40,804 nucleotides of DNA. Origin: a virus (taxonomy: Duplodnaviria > Heunggongvirae > Uroviricota > Caudoviricetes). The notes beneath the pieces are model-generated. The model ran no database searches. It had not been told where the DNA came from and was given only the letters and a program-made list of their open reading frames with translations. Each line of letters opens with the position of its first letter. Position 1 is the stretch's first letter. The stretch lies in the IMG/VR virus record IMGVR_UViG_2687453522_000003, positions 1-40,804 of that record. One strand, 5' to 3'. Position numbers and translations under genes: made by a program. Positions 20,745 to 29,774 of this stretch are shown piece after piece.

Positions 20745-21431
20745 TTAGAAGTTCAGATTTTTCAGTGCATTCAGTGCAGAGCCCACATCCTCAGCGTCGC
20801 GCAGGGACAGTGCGCCATAGCCCCCAGCCATGAATGCTTTGGCCTGGGTACGGGAGAGTCCGACATCACGCAGGACTCTTTCGATTTTTTTCTGTTCGGG
20901 GATTTCCCCGCGGGCCAGTGCGTTCTTGACGTCGCTGATCCGCGCCTCGTCGTTAGACGGGAACGTCACCAGGCTGACTTCCCAGAGGTCGATTTCTTTC
21001 AGCAGAAAGGCTTCTTTGCTCCGGTCGTATTCCCAGTCTTTCAGGACGTACCCAATAGAAAGGCCGGTTAACGAACCGGCCTTCATGTGTGCATGTGCGC
21101 GTTTTGCGAGGGGATCATCATCAATAAGCAACCGTCCCCTGACGTAAAGCCCGACATCGTCTTCCTTCATTTCAGTGTAAACACCGATGGGTTCATCCAT
21201 GCGGTGCTGCCAGAGCAGCGCAGGTAACGCTTTTCTGTCACTCCACGCCCGCAGGGAAGCAGCAAATGCCCCGGACATCACCACATCATCGTGGCTGTCC
21301 TTTACACCAAAGACGGAGCCATACCCTTCAAACTCACCGGAGTCACTGACAGATTTCAGACTCAGCGGTACATCAAGACGTTGTTTCGTCTGCATTGGCG
21401 TTATCCTTCTGCTTACCGGCTTTACTGCCAT
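20745..21431 (-). CDS. Prohead maturation protease, HK97 family
   Basis: Position between portal and capsid; start ambiguous (overlaps portal end by 59 bp as drawn). Confidence 0.75.
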   Translation of the reverse strand: MAVKPVSRRITPMQTKQRLDVPLSLKSVSDSGEFEGYGSVFGVKDSHDDVVMSGAFAASLRAWSDRKALPALLWQHRMDEPIGVYTEMKEDDVGLYVRGRLLIDDDPLAKRAHAHMKAGSLTGLSIGYVLKDWEYDRSKEAFLLKEIDLWEVSLVTFPSNDEARISDVKNALARGEIPEQKKIERVLRDVGLSRTQAKAFMAGGYGALSLRDAEDVGSALNALKNLNF

Positions 21432-22614
21432 CGGAGGGTTTCGTGGTCATGTTCATCGGTGTGAGATAGACATCACCACCGGGTCGTGGATTCATATCTT
21501 CCAGGTCGCGGCAGTCATTGGGAGAGTAAATTCCCCAGTTGATCCCGGTGGCGTAGGCTTCAAAACGGGACTTCATATCCCCGCGCAGTAACGCCCCGGC
21601 GTTAAATTTGGCGTAATAAACGCCCTGCTTACTTTTTCGTACCAGTCCGGTGTTGATCCGCTGTTCGATGCGGGTCAGATACGGCACCAGTGAATAGTTG
21701 ATAAATCCCAGCCCCAGCTCTTCGATATTGTTGAAGGTGGCGCGATCGGTGTTCTGCACCATGTGCAACGGCACCCGGAACAGACGACAGATTTCTTCAA
21801 GCTGAAACTTGCGGGTTTCCAGGAACTGGCTGTCCTCGGCGTTCAGCGCCATCGACTTCCAGTCCAGCCCCATCTCAAGGATCATCGGGCGGTGAGCATT
21901 GCCAAGCCCGGTGTGACGCTCCTCAAAATCTTTCTTCAGGCGCTCATAAGCCTGATCTGACAGCGTCTGCTCTGTACGCAACACACCCGACGTCACCGCG
22001 CCATTGCTGAACAGTCTGGCCCCGTGCTCTTCGGTCGCTGCCGCCAGCGATATTGCCTCGCGGGCATAGGTGATGGGATTCAGCCCCACCAGTCCGTCCA
22101 GCGTCAGCGTGCGCACATGCCAGATATCCTCCTGGCTCAGTACATCCGTGGAGCCATCCGGGAATGTGACCTGATAGACCGGCTCCCAGCTACTGTTAAG
22201 CTTCGGTACCACACAGCCGGGATCGACGGGCAGCAGTTCAGCCACTTCGCCAAATGCTTTCACTTTGTAGGCGTAAAAGTTTCCCCGCAGGCACAGACAG
22301 GTGACCACCAGCTCCCAGAACTCCTGCGGCGTCATATAGCCATTGGGATGCGTGGAGATCAGCTTATGCAGACGTTCGCCAGCGGCTCTCTGCTTCAGAC
22401 TGCCGTTCAGGTGATACAGGTTGCAGGGCAACATCCCGACCGACTCCGCCAGCACCCTGACACAGGAAAAAACCGCCGTCAGTCGCATGGCCCGCTGGCT
22501 GCTGATCTGCTTTCCGGTATAGGTGTCGTAGGACAACCCGATAGCATCCGCCAGCTCTGCTGGCGTGGTCACCGGTGCGTTACTTTTTCGTTGAAATAAT
22601 CCCGAAAAGAACAC
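21373..22614 (-). CDS. Portal protein, HK97 family
   Basis: 413 aa, follows the terminase large subunit. Confidence 0.85.
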   Translation of the reverse strand: MFFSGLFQRKSNAPVTTPAELADAIGLSYDTYTGKQISSQRAMRLTAVFSCVRVLAESVGMLPCNLYHLNGSLKQRAAGERLHKLISTHPNGYMTPQEFWELVVTCLCLRGNFYAYKVKAFGEVAELLPVDPGCVVPKLNSSWEPVYQVTFPDGSTDVLSQEDIWHVRTLTLDGLVGLNPITYAREAISLAAATEEHGARLFSNGAVTSGVLRTEQTLSDQAYERLKKDFEERHTGLGNAHRPMILEMGLDWKSMALNAEDSQFLETRKFQLEEICRLFRVPLHMVQNTDRATFNNIEELGLGFINYSLVPYLTRIEQRINTGLVRKSKQGVYYAKFNAGALLRGDMKSRFEAYATGINWGIYSPNDCRDLEDMNPRPGGDVYLTPMNMTTKPSDGSKAGKQKDNANADETTS

Positions 22615-22796
22615 TATTTACCTCCGCCGACAGACGACTGTGTACGGTCGAGATATCGCGCCACCAGCCACGACCAGAACAGACACAACGCCCCGGCAAC
22701 AACAAACCCCGCCGGGGGATAAATCAGCCAGGCACCATACGCCAGCAAAAGCGCCCCCAGCACGCCCACCAGAGGCGCGAGAATCAGCATGATCAT
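22614..22796 (-). CDS. Small membrane protein (two predicted TM helices)
   Basis: 60-aa hydrophobic ORF filling the terminase-portal gap. Confidence 0.45.
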
Positions 22797-22807
22797 AATT
22801 ACCTCAG

Positions 22808-24541
22808 TTAAAGCGAGCGGATCCCATAGGACTCAATGTGGTCAGACAACGTGTCTTCTTTCTCGTACAGCATGGCTCTGCCAACCGCCATAATCAGCGC
22901 AACTGCACCATCGATTTTGTTTTCCGCCTGCTCTTTGACGGGCTTCACCACATCATCGTTACCCGGAATGGTTTTGCCGACCACGTTGCCGATACACCAG
23001 GTCATGATGGGATTGCCGTCATGATGAAAGCGCCCCGATTCAATCGCCGCTTCCAGTTCTTTCATCGGATCGGACATGTTGGTGTAGTTCTGAATGATGG
23101 TGATGGGGTTCAGGTCTTCATCAGCAAGGTCATGCGACAGCCCGGTCGCCCCGAAGGGGTCGATGGGTGACTCACTGACCGGGCTGATTTTGTTCGCCGC
23201 TTTGGCCTCCTCGAGGATGTAGCGATAATCCACCTCCGCACCATCGGTAACGGTCAGAACGCCCATTTCCACCCATTTCTGAAAGCGTTCGGCTGTCCGT
23301 CGATCTTCATTTTTCTCGACGCTGTACACCGTGTCATACGGTACCCAGAAGCGCGGAGCCACACTGTAGTAATGCGTTTTACCGTCAATCTCGCGGGTAT
23401 AAAGTCGCGCCATGCTGTTCATATCCAGCTTACGCGCCAGGTCAAAGGCCAGAATGCACGGCTGCCCCTCGAACTGCTCAAGAGTCAGTGATTTATCCTC
23501 GCAGCTCTGCCAGCTCACCAGGTTGAAATACGCCGAACGCGCCGACACCCAGATATTGAGGTGTTTTGTTTTAAAGACGTTTGCCAGACGGGCGTTATTT
23601 TTCGCACGCTGCTGCTGACTTAACAAAAATTCGCGATAAACCGACACGCCAATATTTGGATTGGCTTTTTCCAGCACCTGCGGGTCGGTCCAGTCGTCAC
23701 CTTCATCAACGGTATAGATGATCCCGAACAGTTCATCGTTAGGCACCGAGCCGTTGAGCATCTCGATGACTTCCCGCCGTTTGTCGTAGCACGGCCCCTC
23801 AATGTTGTACCCGGCGGTGGTGATGGCCCACATCAGTGGCTGACGTCGCGCCCCCATCCCGGTAAGCATTGTGGTATAAAGCGCATCGGTGGCATGCTCG
23901 TGATATTCATCAACCACGGCACAGTGGGGTGATGAACCATCACCTGGGTTGCCGATCAGCGGTTCAAACCGCGCGCCATCCTCCGGACGGTTCATGTTTG
24001 AGGCGTTAACCTCAATCCCGAACGCTTCTGTCAGCATGGGTGTGCGTTTACACATCAGTCGCGCCGGGCGAAAGACTTCCCACGCCTGTTTCTCTGTCGT
24101 GGCACCGGAATACACTTCCGCGCCAAACTCGTTATCACAGGCAAAACAATACAGGGCAACACCGGCAGAGATTGCTGATTTGCCGTTCTTACGGGGGATT
24201 TCGGTGTACACCTCCCGGAAGCGGCGCAACCGGGTGCCTTTATTGACCCAGCCAAACGCACAGCAGATCACAAATAGCTGCCACGACTCCAGCGTGATGG
24301 GCATCCGTTTGAATGCCCACTCCCCCTTGGTGTGCGGCAACAGCTGAATAAATTTCGCGGCCCGTTCAGCCAGGTCCTTGTCGAAGCGGTAACGAAACGA
24401 CTTACTTTTTTCCGCCATCAGGTCATCAAGATGGCGCTGGCAGGCCTGAATCACAAACTGGCAGGCAACAATCTTTCCGCGCACGACATCCCGGGCATAC
24501 TGATTGGCAGCATTTACGTTGGGGTAAGATTTCCGGCTCAT
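22808..24541 (-). CDS. Terminase large subunit
   Basis: 577 aa with a Walker A-like segment and nuclease C-terminal half. Confidence 0.9.
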
Positions 24542-25041
24542 GATTCGATAATTTTCAGAAACGGGTTAGTGGCTTTCTTCTGCCCCGCCAGGCCAATCAG
24601 ACGCTGGCGGCTGCTGGGGTCGAGTCCGAGCATTGCCCCCGTGCTGCTCATCTCGGACTCCTGTTCTTTTTTGGCGGTCAGCTCCGGATTTTTGACCCTG
24701 CCGCCCATTGCACCGGTGATAGTGTTGCCCTGTATGGCAATATTTTTCACGGCACGTCGCCAGAACTCATAGGCCACGCACCACCGCTCAAGTACCGCCA
24801 GGTCAGTCACGCACAGCAGGCCCTGACCGCAGAGTTCTTTGGTTGTCAGTTGCCACATGATCGTGGCGAGAGGGAGATCTTCTTCAGCGAACCACTCTGG
24901 TGGCTCAACACCTTTGATGGGCGTAAAAACAGGTTCATCTTTGTTCAGGGCTCGCTTGCCGGGGTTTCCGGCCAGCGCCTTGCGCGCCGTTGGCTTGGGG
25001 CGACGCCCGGAACGCCCCGCCGTTCCAGCCATATGCGGCAC
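24538..25041 (-). CDS. Terminase small subunit (P27-like)
   Basis: Basic N-terminus [18 protein letters not shown]...; overlaps the large subunit start. Confidence 0.8.
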   Translation of the reverse strand: MPHMAGTAGRSGRRPKPTARKALAGNPGKRALNKDEPVFTPIKGVEPPEWFAEEDLPLATIMWQLTTKELCGQGLLCVTDLAVLERWCVAYEFWRRAVKNIAIQGNTITGAMGGRVKNPELTAKKEQESEMSSTGAMLGLDPSSRQRLIGLAGQKKATNPFLKIIES

Positions 25042-25157
25042 TCCTGGTTAAATTTCATTTTTCGCGGGTATAAAAAAACGATGGGGCGGGCAGTCCGGAA
25101 GACGTCAGGTCACAGGGATTTGACCCGCCCCTCCCCTCTGGCAGTGGGAACTGGTTC

Positions 25158-25508
25158 TTACTTAATCCGTTCACGGGCCGTCTTCGCCTTATGACACGGC
25201 CAGCACAGACTCTGTAGGTTACTGTCTGCATCGGTGCCGCCATGCGCTTTAGGGATGATGTGGTCAACGGTTTTCGCCTCGCGCACCACACCGGCACGCA
25301 GGCACAACTGGCACAGGCCTTTGTCACGCTTCAGCACACGCGCGCGGATAACGTCCCACTTCGAACCATAACCGCGCTGATGACGGGACTGGCCAGACTT
25401 GTATTGCTTCCAGCCTTCGCTTTTGTGGCTTTCGCAGTAGCCTGATGGGTCAGTCGTGGTATGGCGGCAGCCGCGAACGCGGCAGGCTTTTGGGGTTCGT
25501 GGAGGCAT
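25158..25508 (-). CDS. HNH endonuclease (packaging-associated)
   Basis: Cys pairs plus DHIIP...HGG...N...CWPCH motif; adjacent to terminase as in HK97-type cos phages. Confidence 0.85.
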   Translation of the reverse strand: MPPRTPKACRVRGCRHTTTDPSGYCESHKSEGWKQYKSGQSRHQRGYGSKWDVIRARVLKRDKGLCQLCLRAGVVREAKTVDHIIPKAHGGTDADSNLQSLCWPCHKAKTARERIK

Positions 25509-25635
25509 CTATTATCCCTGTAGTTTTCGTTAAATATCTAACCATAACTGCAATCAGAAACCGCTTTAACACGGTTTGCTAAATAGACTTTTCAATCCAA
25601 TGAATAAACGGCAAGTAAATACTAATCGTTCATTT

Positions 25636-26070
25636 TCATTTGAATACAAACTGTTCTGAAAGAATATTATGACAAATATATTTCGCCTGAATACTATTAT
25701 CTCTCATTCTAATATATTCTTTGTGGGCAACAGATAAAGAACGACAACCGCTGTTTACACGTGGGTATTTTTCCAACATATGTTCGCATATCAAAAAAGC
25801 ATTATTAATAGCATTTAATTTATGGCTTAACTCTCGTAGCTCGGCCCTTTTTTCAATACGAACATTACGACTAAGAGATAAAGGTAGCTGTGATAATGCA
25901 TTTGAATAATCAGCCACTGCCATTTTCAGAGCCATTTTGGCCTTCAGAGCCTCCTGTCGCCGCCAAACATTCATTGCCCAAAAACCTAATGTAACAGTTA
26001 CAATTGAACCTAAAGCCGATACAGCTGACCACACAGTTCCCCAAGGCCAGTTAAGTAATGTATGCCACAT
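25636..26070 (-). CDS. Membrane-anchored hypothetical protein (AT-rich moron)
   Basis: N-terminal hydrophobic helix then Lys/Glu-rich soluble part; GGAGG precedes the internal ATG; low GC relative to flanks. Confidence 0.6.
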   Translation of the reverse strand: MWHTLLNWPWGTVWSAVSALGSIVTVTLGFWAMNVWRRQEALKAKMALKMAVADYSNALSQLPLSLSRNVRIEKRAELRELSHKLNAINNAFLICEHMLEKYPRVNSGCRSLSVAHKEYIRMRDNSIQAKYICHNILSEQFVFK

Positions 26071-26438
26071 CATAACCTCCACTGAATGAAAAGGTTAGTT
26101 TATCGTAAGTGAACATCACTGGCACTATCTAAAGATTAGCTGCTCTACTAGTTGTACTCTCGATAATCTAAACAAAATGATACGTAATAAACCTGTTCAT
26201 GACTAGCTCTACTAGACACATGTTTAATCATCTACAAACGATTTGTACAAACTTCCACTTTCATATTGGTCCAAAAGGTTGGACTAATAGTTAATCACGA
26301 TGCATATTTTATGTAAGCTGCTACATTACACTATAAAAACGCTGGCGTCTGAATTTAAGCCCATAAGTTTTATAAAATTATCATAATACACAGCTTTATT
26401 AGGCGCATTCGCACTGATAATGAAAAATATAACTCGAG

Positions 26439-26711
26439 CTATTTGTCTTTCGAATGCAAAATAGCGCGCCGTGATTCAATCTTTCTGATTCCAGTTTTAT
26501 CAAAATTACATTGTCCCAAGGCTGACAATAGAGCAACATTCAACTCCAGACTGGTACCATACGTCAGCGGATTGGGTATAAACGGTACAGGAGTATCAGA
26601 AGTCAGGCTGGCTGGCAGTGGTGCCACCGGAGCGCTCACGTAAACCGTTCGCGAATTTCCGCAACCGGTCAGCAGCGGCAGCAGGCACAGGACGTGAAGC
26701 ACAATCATCAT
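26439..26711 (-). CDS. Rz1-like o-spanin lipoprotein
   Basis: Alternative-frame ORF inside Rz with signal peptide and lipobox LLTGC, Pro-rich; extends past the Rz stop. Confidence 0.6.
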   Translation of the reverse strand: MMIVLHVLCLLPLLTGCGNSRTVYVSAPVAPLPASLTSDTPVPFIPNPLTYGTSLELNVALLSALGQCNFDKTGIRKIESRRAILHSKDK

Positions 26712-26988
26712 CCGCAACAGCCACTTTGATATCTTCCTGGGTTCTCTGTGACTCCAGTGCGATCTGCTGTTTTGCATGCTGGTTAACCTCTATAACTGTA
26801 TTGACGATTTGCAGTGATTGCAGGACGTTACGGGTAATGGCTGTTGCAGATTCAACATTTTGTACAGCCTCATCAGCACGTTTCTTTTCGTGCTGATATT
26901 TGCTGTAGTAGTGGTTGGCAGACCAGATGAAAGAACCGATGACAGTAAAGAAGAATGCAGCGATAACCAGCTTATAGCTCAACTTCAT
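26596..26988 (-). CDS. Rz-like i-spanin
   Basis: N-terminal TM helix then coiled-coil, directly after the endolysin. Confidence 0.75.
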   Translation of the reverse strand: MKLSYKLVIAAFFFTVIGSFIWSANHYYSKYQHEKKRADEAVQNVESATAITRNVLQSLQIVNTVIEVNQHAKQQIALESQRTQEDIKVAVADDDCASRPVPAAAADRLRKFANGLRERSGGTTASQPDF

Positions 26989-27448
26989 TTACCACCCCAC
27001 CAGCCTCTTTAAACCGGGAAATCAGGTCACCGATTTTATGTTCATACTGACCGTAACCTGCACCAGGTAACGACGCCCAGATATTGCTGCAACGATCGAT
27101 AGCCTGACGGATATCACCGCGATCAATCATCGGTAAAGCGCCACGCTCTTTAATCTGCTGCAATGCCACTGCGTCCTGGCTTTTGGGGGAGAAGTCTTTC
27201 AAACCAAGCTGTTTACGGTAAGCATCCCACCAGCGTGAAAGAAGCTGATAACGTCCGGCGGCTGTTGATTTGAGTTTGGGGTTTAACGTGACAAGTTTGC
27301 GAGGGTGATCAGAGTAATCAGTAAACAGTTCGCCGCCAACAATAACATCATAACCGTGATTACGTGTCGGTTGTCGCCCGTTATCCGTTCCTTCTGACCA
27401 AGCCACCATATCAAGGAAAGCTTTACGCTGGGGATTTAGCACCTGCAT
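26972..27448 (-). CDS. Endolysin, lambda R-like lytic transglycosylase
   Basis: Near-identical to lambda R as I recall it (FLDM.AWSEGTDNGRQ.TRNHGYDVIVGGELFTDYSDHP...). Confidence 0.9.
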   Translation of the reverse strand: MQVLNPQRKAFLDMVAWSEGTDNGRQPTRNHGYDVIVGGELFTDYSDHPRKLVTLNPKLKSTAAGRYQLLSRWWDAYRKQLGLKDFSPKSQDAVALQQIKERGALPMIDRGDIRQAIDRCSNIWASLPGAGYGQYEHKIGDLISRFKEAGGVVNEVEL

Positions 27449-27451
27449 AAA

Positions 27452-27778
27452 TTACTCCTTAGAACCACCAAACTTATTACCGATTACTCTCATTGCAGCC
27501 CCACGAATAGCATCGACACCGATCAACCCAACGCCACCACCAATGGCAACAGAAAGAGATTTAGGCCATCCGACATACTCAAGAGCGGATGCAAAAGTCA
27601 GCGTCAGAGCACCACAGAGCAAAATCTCGAGCGTTTTTCGTTTCCAGCCCCCACCACCGCCAAAATATGCAATGCGCAAGCCAGCCATAACAATCGACAT
27701 AATCACTGCGCCCAGCGGTGTGTCTCCACGCCACCAGCTCTGGACCAACTCCAACCAGGTATTTGGGTTATGAGGCAT
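27452..27778 (-). CDS. Holin, lambda S family
   Basis: Hydrophobic helices and basic C-terminus; AGLRIAYFGGGGGWKRK resembles lambda S (AMAYLRGRYNGGAFTK). Confidence 0.75.
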   Translation of the reverse strand: MPHNPNTWLELVQSWWRGDTPLGAVIMSIVMAGLRIAYFGGGGGWKRKTLEILLCGALTLTFASALEYVGWPKSLSVAIGGGVGLIGVDAIRGAAMRVIGNKFGGSKE

Positions 27779-27930
27779 TTGTAGTTATCTCTCACCTCGC
27801 TGATACAGCAGGTGCAAATTGAGGGAACATCATGTACCGCAAATCAGAAGCGGAAACGTCAAAGAAGCCGAACCAATGGATAACTGCGGAATAGGCCAGA
27901 ACCAACGAATCCCCAGCCCCAGAAACGACA

Positions 27931-27951
27931 AAACCCGCTCGACGCGGGTTT
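27931..27951 (-). terminator. Intrinsic terminator upstream of holin (candidate tR')
   Basis: Minus strand reads AAACCCGCGTCGAGCGGGTTTTGTCGTTTCT. Confidence 0.55.
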
Positions 27952-27996
27952 AAGCTGTGTGGCGAAGTAACCACTCTTAACACGATACAATACTTT

Positions 27997-28025
27997 TTGC
28001 GTACGCGTTAGCATTTGATTAGAAT
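27997..28025 (+). promoter_or_regulatory. Sigma70-like promoter for the two-gene cassette
   Basis: TTGCGT, 17-bp spacer, TAGAAT; ribosome-binding site AGGTGAAGG upstream of the ATG at 28058. Confidence 0.5.
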
Positions 28026-28057
28026 CCAATCATCAGAAAGCTAGGTGAAGGTTCAAA

Positions 28058-28879
28058 ATGAATTTTTCTTACACAAAACAGGATGGTCATACCAAACGCT
28101 GCCTTGTCAGAGCATTCAATGTTAATACAGCAACAACAGATATACTCTTCGACCAAATTTCAAATTCTGGTAAATTTATTGTTGACACTGTTTTTAAAAT
28201 AAACAATGAACAACATTTAATACTGAAAGAGTTTTCTACAAATAATAAAAGCCATTACTTACACTTTGCATTATATAATCCAAAAGAACAAGTATCGATC
28301 ACACCAAAAATAAAAACCGCAAGCGATCTTCTTGATGTTGAAAACCTTGACAATTTGCACGCTTTTTTATATGTAAAAGAAAATAAAATTGCATCTCTAA
28401 TGCAAATATCAACAAATTGGTGTGAGATTAAAATCGCTAAAATATTCGAGCAATTTGGTATAAAAATAACACCATCAGCAATTTTGCAAAAAAATGTCAT
28501 TCAACGAATTAAAGATGATAAACTTAGGGCTTTGCATCTTAATATTAGCGTTGATGCTTCTAATTTTGTGAAAACGCCCAGCTTTATAGACTCTATTTTT
28601 CAGAAAGAACCCAAACTTAAAGCTAGAGGTATTTCAGGACATTTAACTCTTGATGCAAAAGGAAATGCTGAACTAGCACAATCTATTGAAACCAACCCTA
28701 GTGGTTGGATAAATGATTTGGATTCTGATTTTTATATAGAAACAAAAAAAGGAGAGAAAATAACTAGTGACGACATTAAGTTAACAAAAGTTTATTATAC
28801 AGTCCCTTATGGTTCAAAATCTATTAATTCAAAATATGCGAAAGAAATTCTAGAGGACTTTGCTCAAAAAGAGCTATAA
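28058..28879 (+). CDS. Hypothetical soluble protein (273 aa), first gene of AT-rich cassette
   Basis: Clear ribosome-binding site; low GC; no family recognised. Confidence 0.75.
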   Translation: MNFSYTKQDGHTKRCLVRAFNVNTATTDILFDQISNSGKFIVDTVFKINNEQHLILKEFSTNNKSHYLHFALYNPKEQVSITPKIKTASDLLDVENLDNLHAFLYVKENKIASLMQISTNWCEIKIAKIFEQFGIKITPSAILQKNVIQRIKDDKLRALHLNISVDASNFVKTPSFIDSIFQKEPKLKARGISGHLTLDAKGNAELAQSIETNPSGWINDLDSDFYIETKKGEKITSDDIKLTKVYYTVPYGSKSINSKYAKEILEDFAQKEL

Positions 28880-28902
28880 TATACTAAAAAAAGGAGGCTA
28901 AC

Positions 28903-29388
28903 ATGTTAAAATCACTCAATTACTCAGGTATATTATTAACTTTGTTAAACATTTTAGCCTCAGTGTTATTTTCAATTTTCCTCACACATACTTTAACGAA
29001 CAATACTGACGCATTAAATTTGGTCGCCAATGTATTTTCTATCCTATCTGGTTTTCTTTTGTTGGTTATCACAATGTCTGGTGAAAACTCTACTCTGATG
29101 AACAACTTAAGCAAATTAGACGCTGCAAATCAAGAAATACGTTTCCTCATGCGTTTTAACAAATATTATGCTTTATTCTTGTTATATATTTTAACATTAG
29201 CTTTAATTTTTGTTTTTTATTTAATATCCAAGGATAAAGAAAACACATCTCAATACTTCATTCTGTTTAAGAAGTCAATTGGTTACATTATCTCTTTTTT
29301 AACTTGTTTTTCTTTTATACAATCAACATTCATCCCACTAAAAATAAAAGAATTATTTAAAGAGAAAAGACAACTTAATAAAAAATAG
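28903..29388 (+). CDS. Hypothetical integral membrane protein (161 aa, four predicted TM helices)
   Basis: AAGGAGG 8 bp upstream of the ATG; hydrophobic segments about 7-28, 41-59, 88-110, 125-145; Lys-rich C-terminus. Confidence 0.75.
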   Translation: MLKSLNYSGILLTLLNILASVLFSIFLTHTLTNNTDALNLVANVFSILSGFLLLVITMSGENSTLMNNLSKLDAANQEIRFLMRFNKYYALFLLYILTLALIFVFYLISKDKENTSQYFILFKKSIGYIISFLTCFSFIQSTFIPLKIKELFKEKRQLNKK

Positions 29389-29410
29389 GCCGCATAGCGG
29401 CCATTTTTTT
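29387..29410. terminator. Bidirectional intrinsic terminator between the cassette and Q
   Basis: AGGCCGC-ATA-GCGGCC flanked by A-tract and T-tract on both sides. Confidence 0.7.
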
Positions 29411-29772
29411 CATGTTAACAAAATACTTAAACAGCCATCGATGAATCCCATTGCAGTCTGTAATTCTTTTCGGATGGTCCCATCAGAACACTTCTGCTTC
29501 TTTGCGATAGTTCTTAATGAGATGCCGATAATAAAATGAGCAATAACCAACTCATACTCTTCGGGCTTATATTTACGCAATCGCGCAACACAGCTGTCAA
29601 TCATGATTCCTTCATCATCATCGCATTGTTGGCGTGTTTTCTTTCCATGAGGTAGTAAACCTTTAAACCCTGCAGCAACAGGCTGCCAGTCCACACCACT
29701 GTTATCTGCTGCAGCCCATGCTCCCCAGCGGTCCAAAACTTCATACATATCACGCATCAACTTTCTCCACAA
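29410..29772 (-). CDS. Late-gene antiterminator Q (phage 21/82-type)
   Basis: MRDMYEVLDRWGAWAA ... GFKGL ... CDDDEG pattern matches the Q family as I recall it; position after the nin region. Confidence 0.7.
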   Translation of the reverse strand: MWRKLMRDMYEVLDRWGAWAAADNSGVDWQPVAAGFKGLLPHGKKTRQQCDDDEGIMIDSCVARLRKYKPEEYELVIAHFIIGISLRTIAKKQKCSDGTIRKELQTAMGFIDGCLSILLT

Positions 29773-29774
29773 AA

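Noticed and set aside
27792-27983. 63-aa minus-strand ORF between the cassette and the holin
   Set aside because: It spans the intrinsic terminator hairpin at 27931..27951 and probable late promoter DNA; more likely non-coding.
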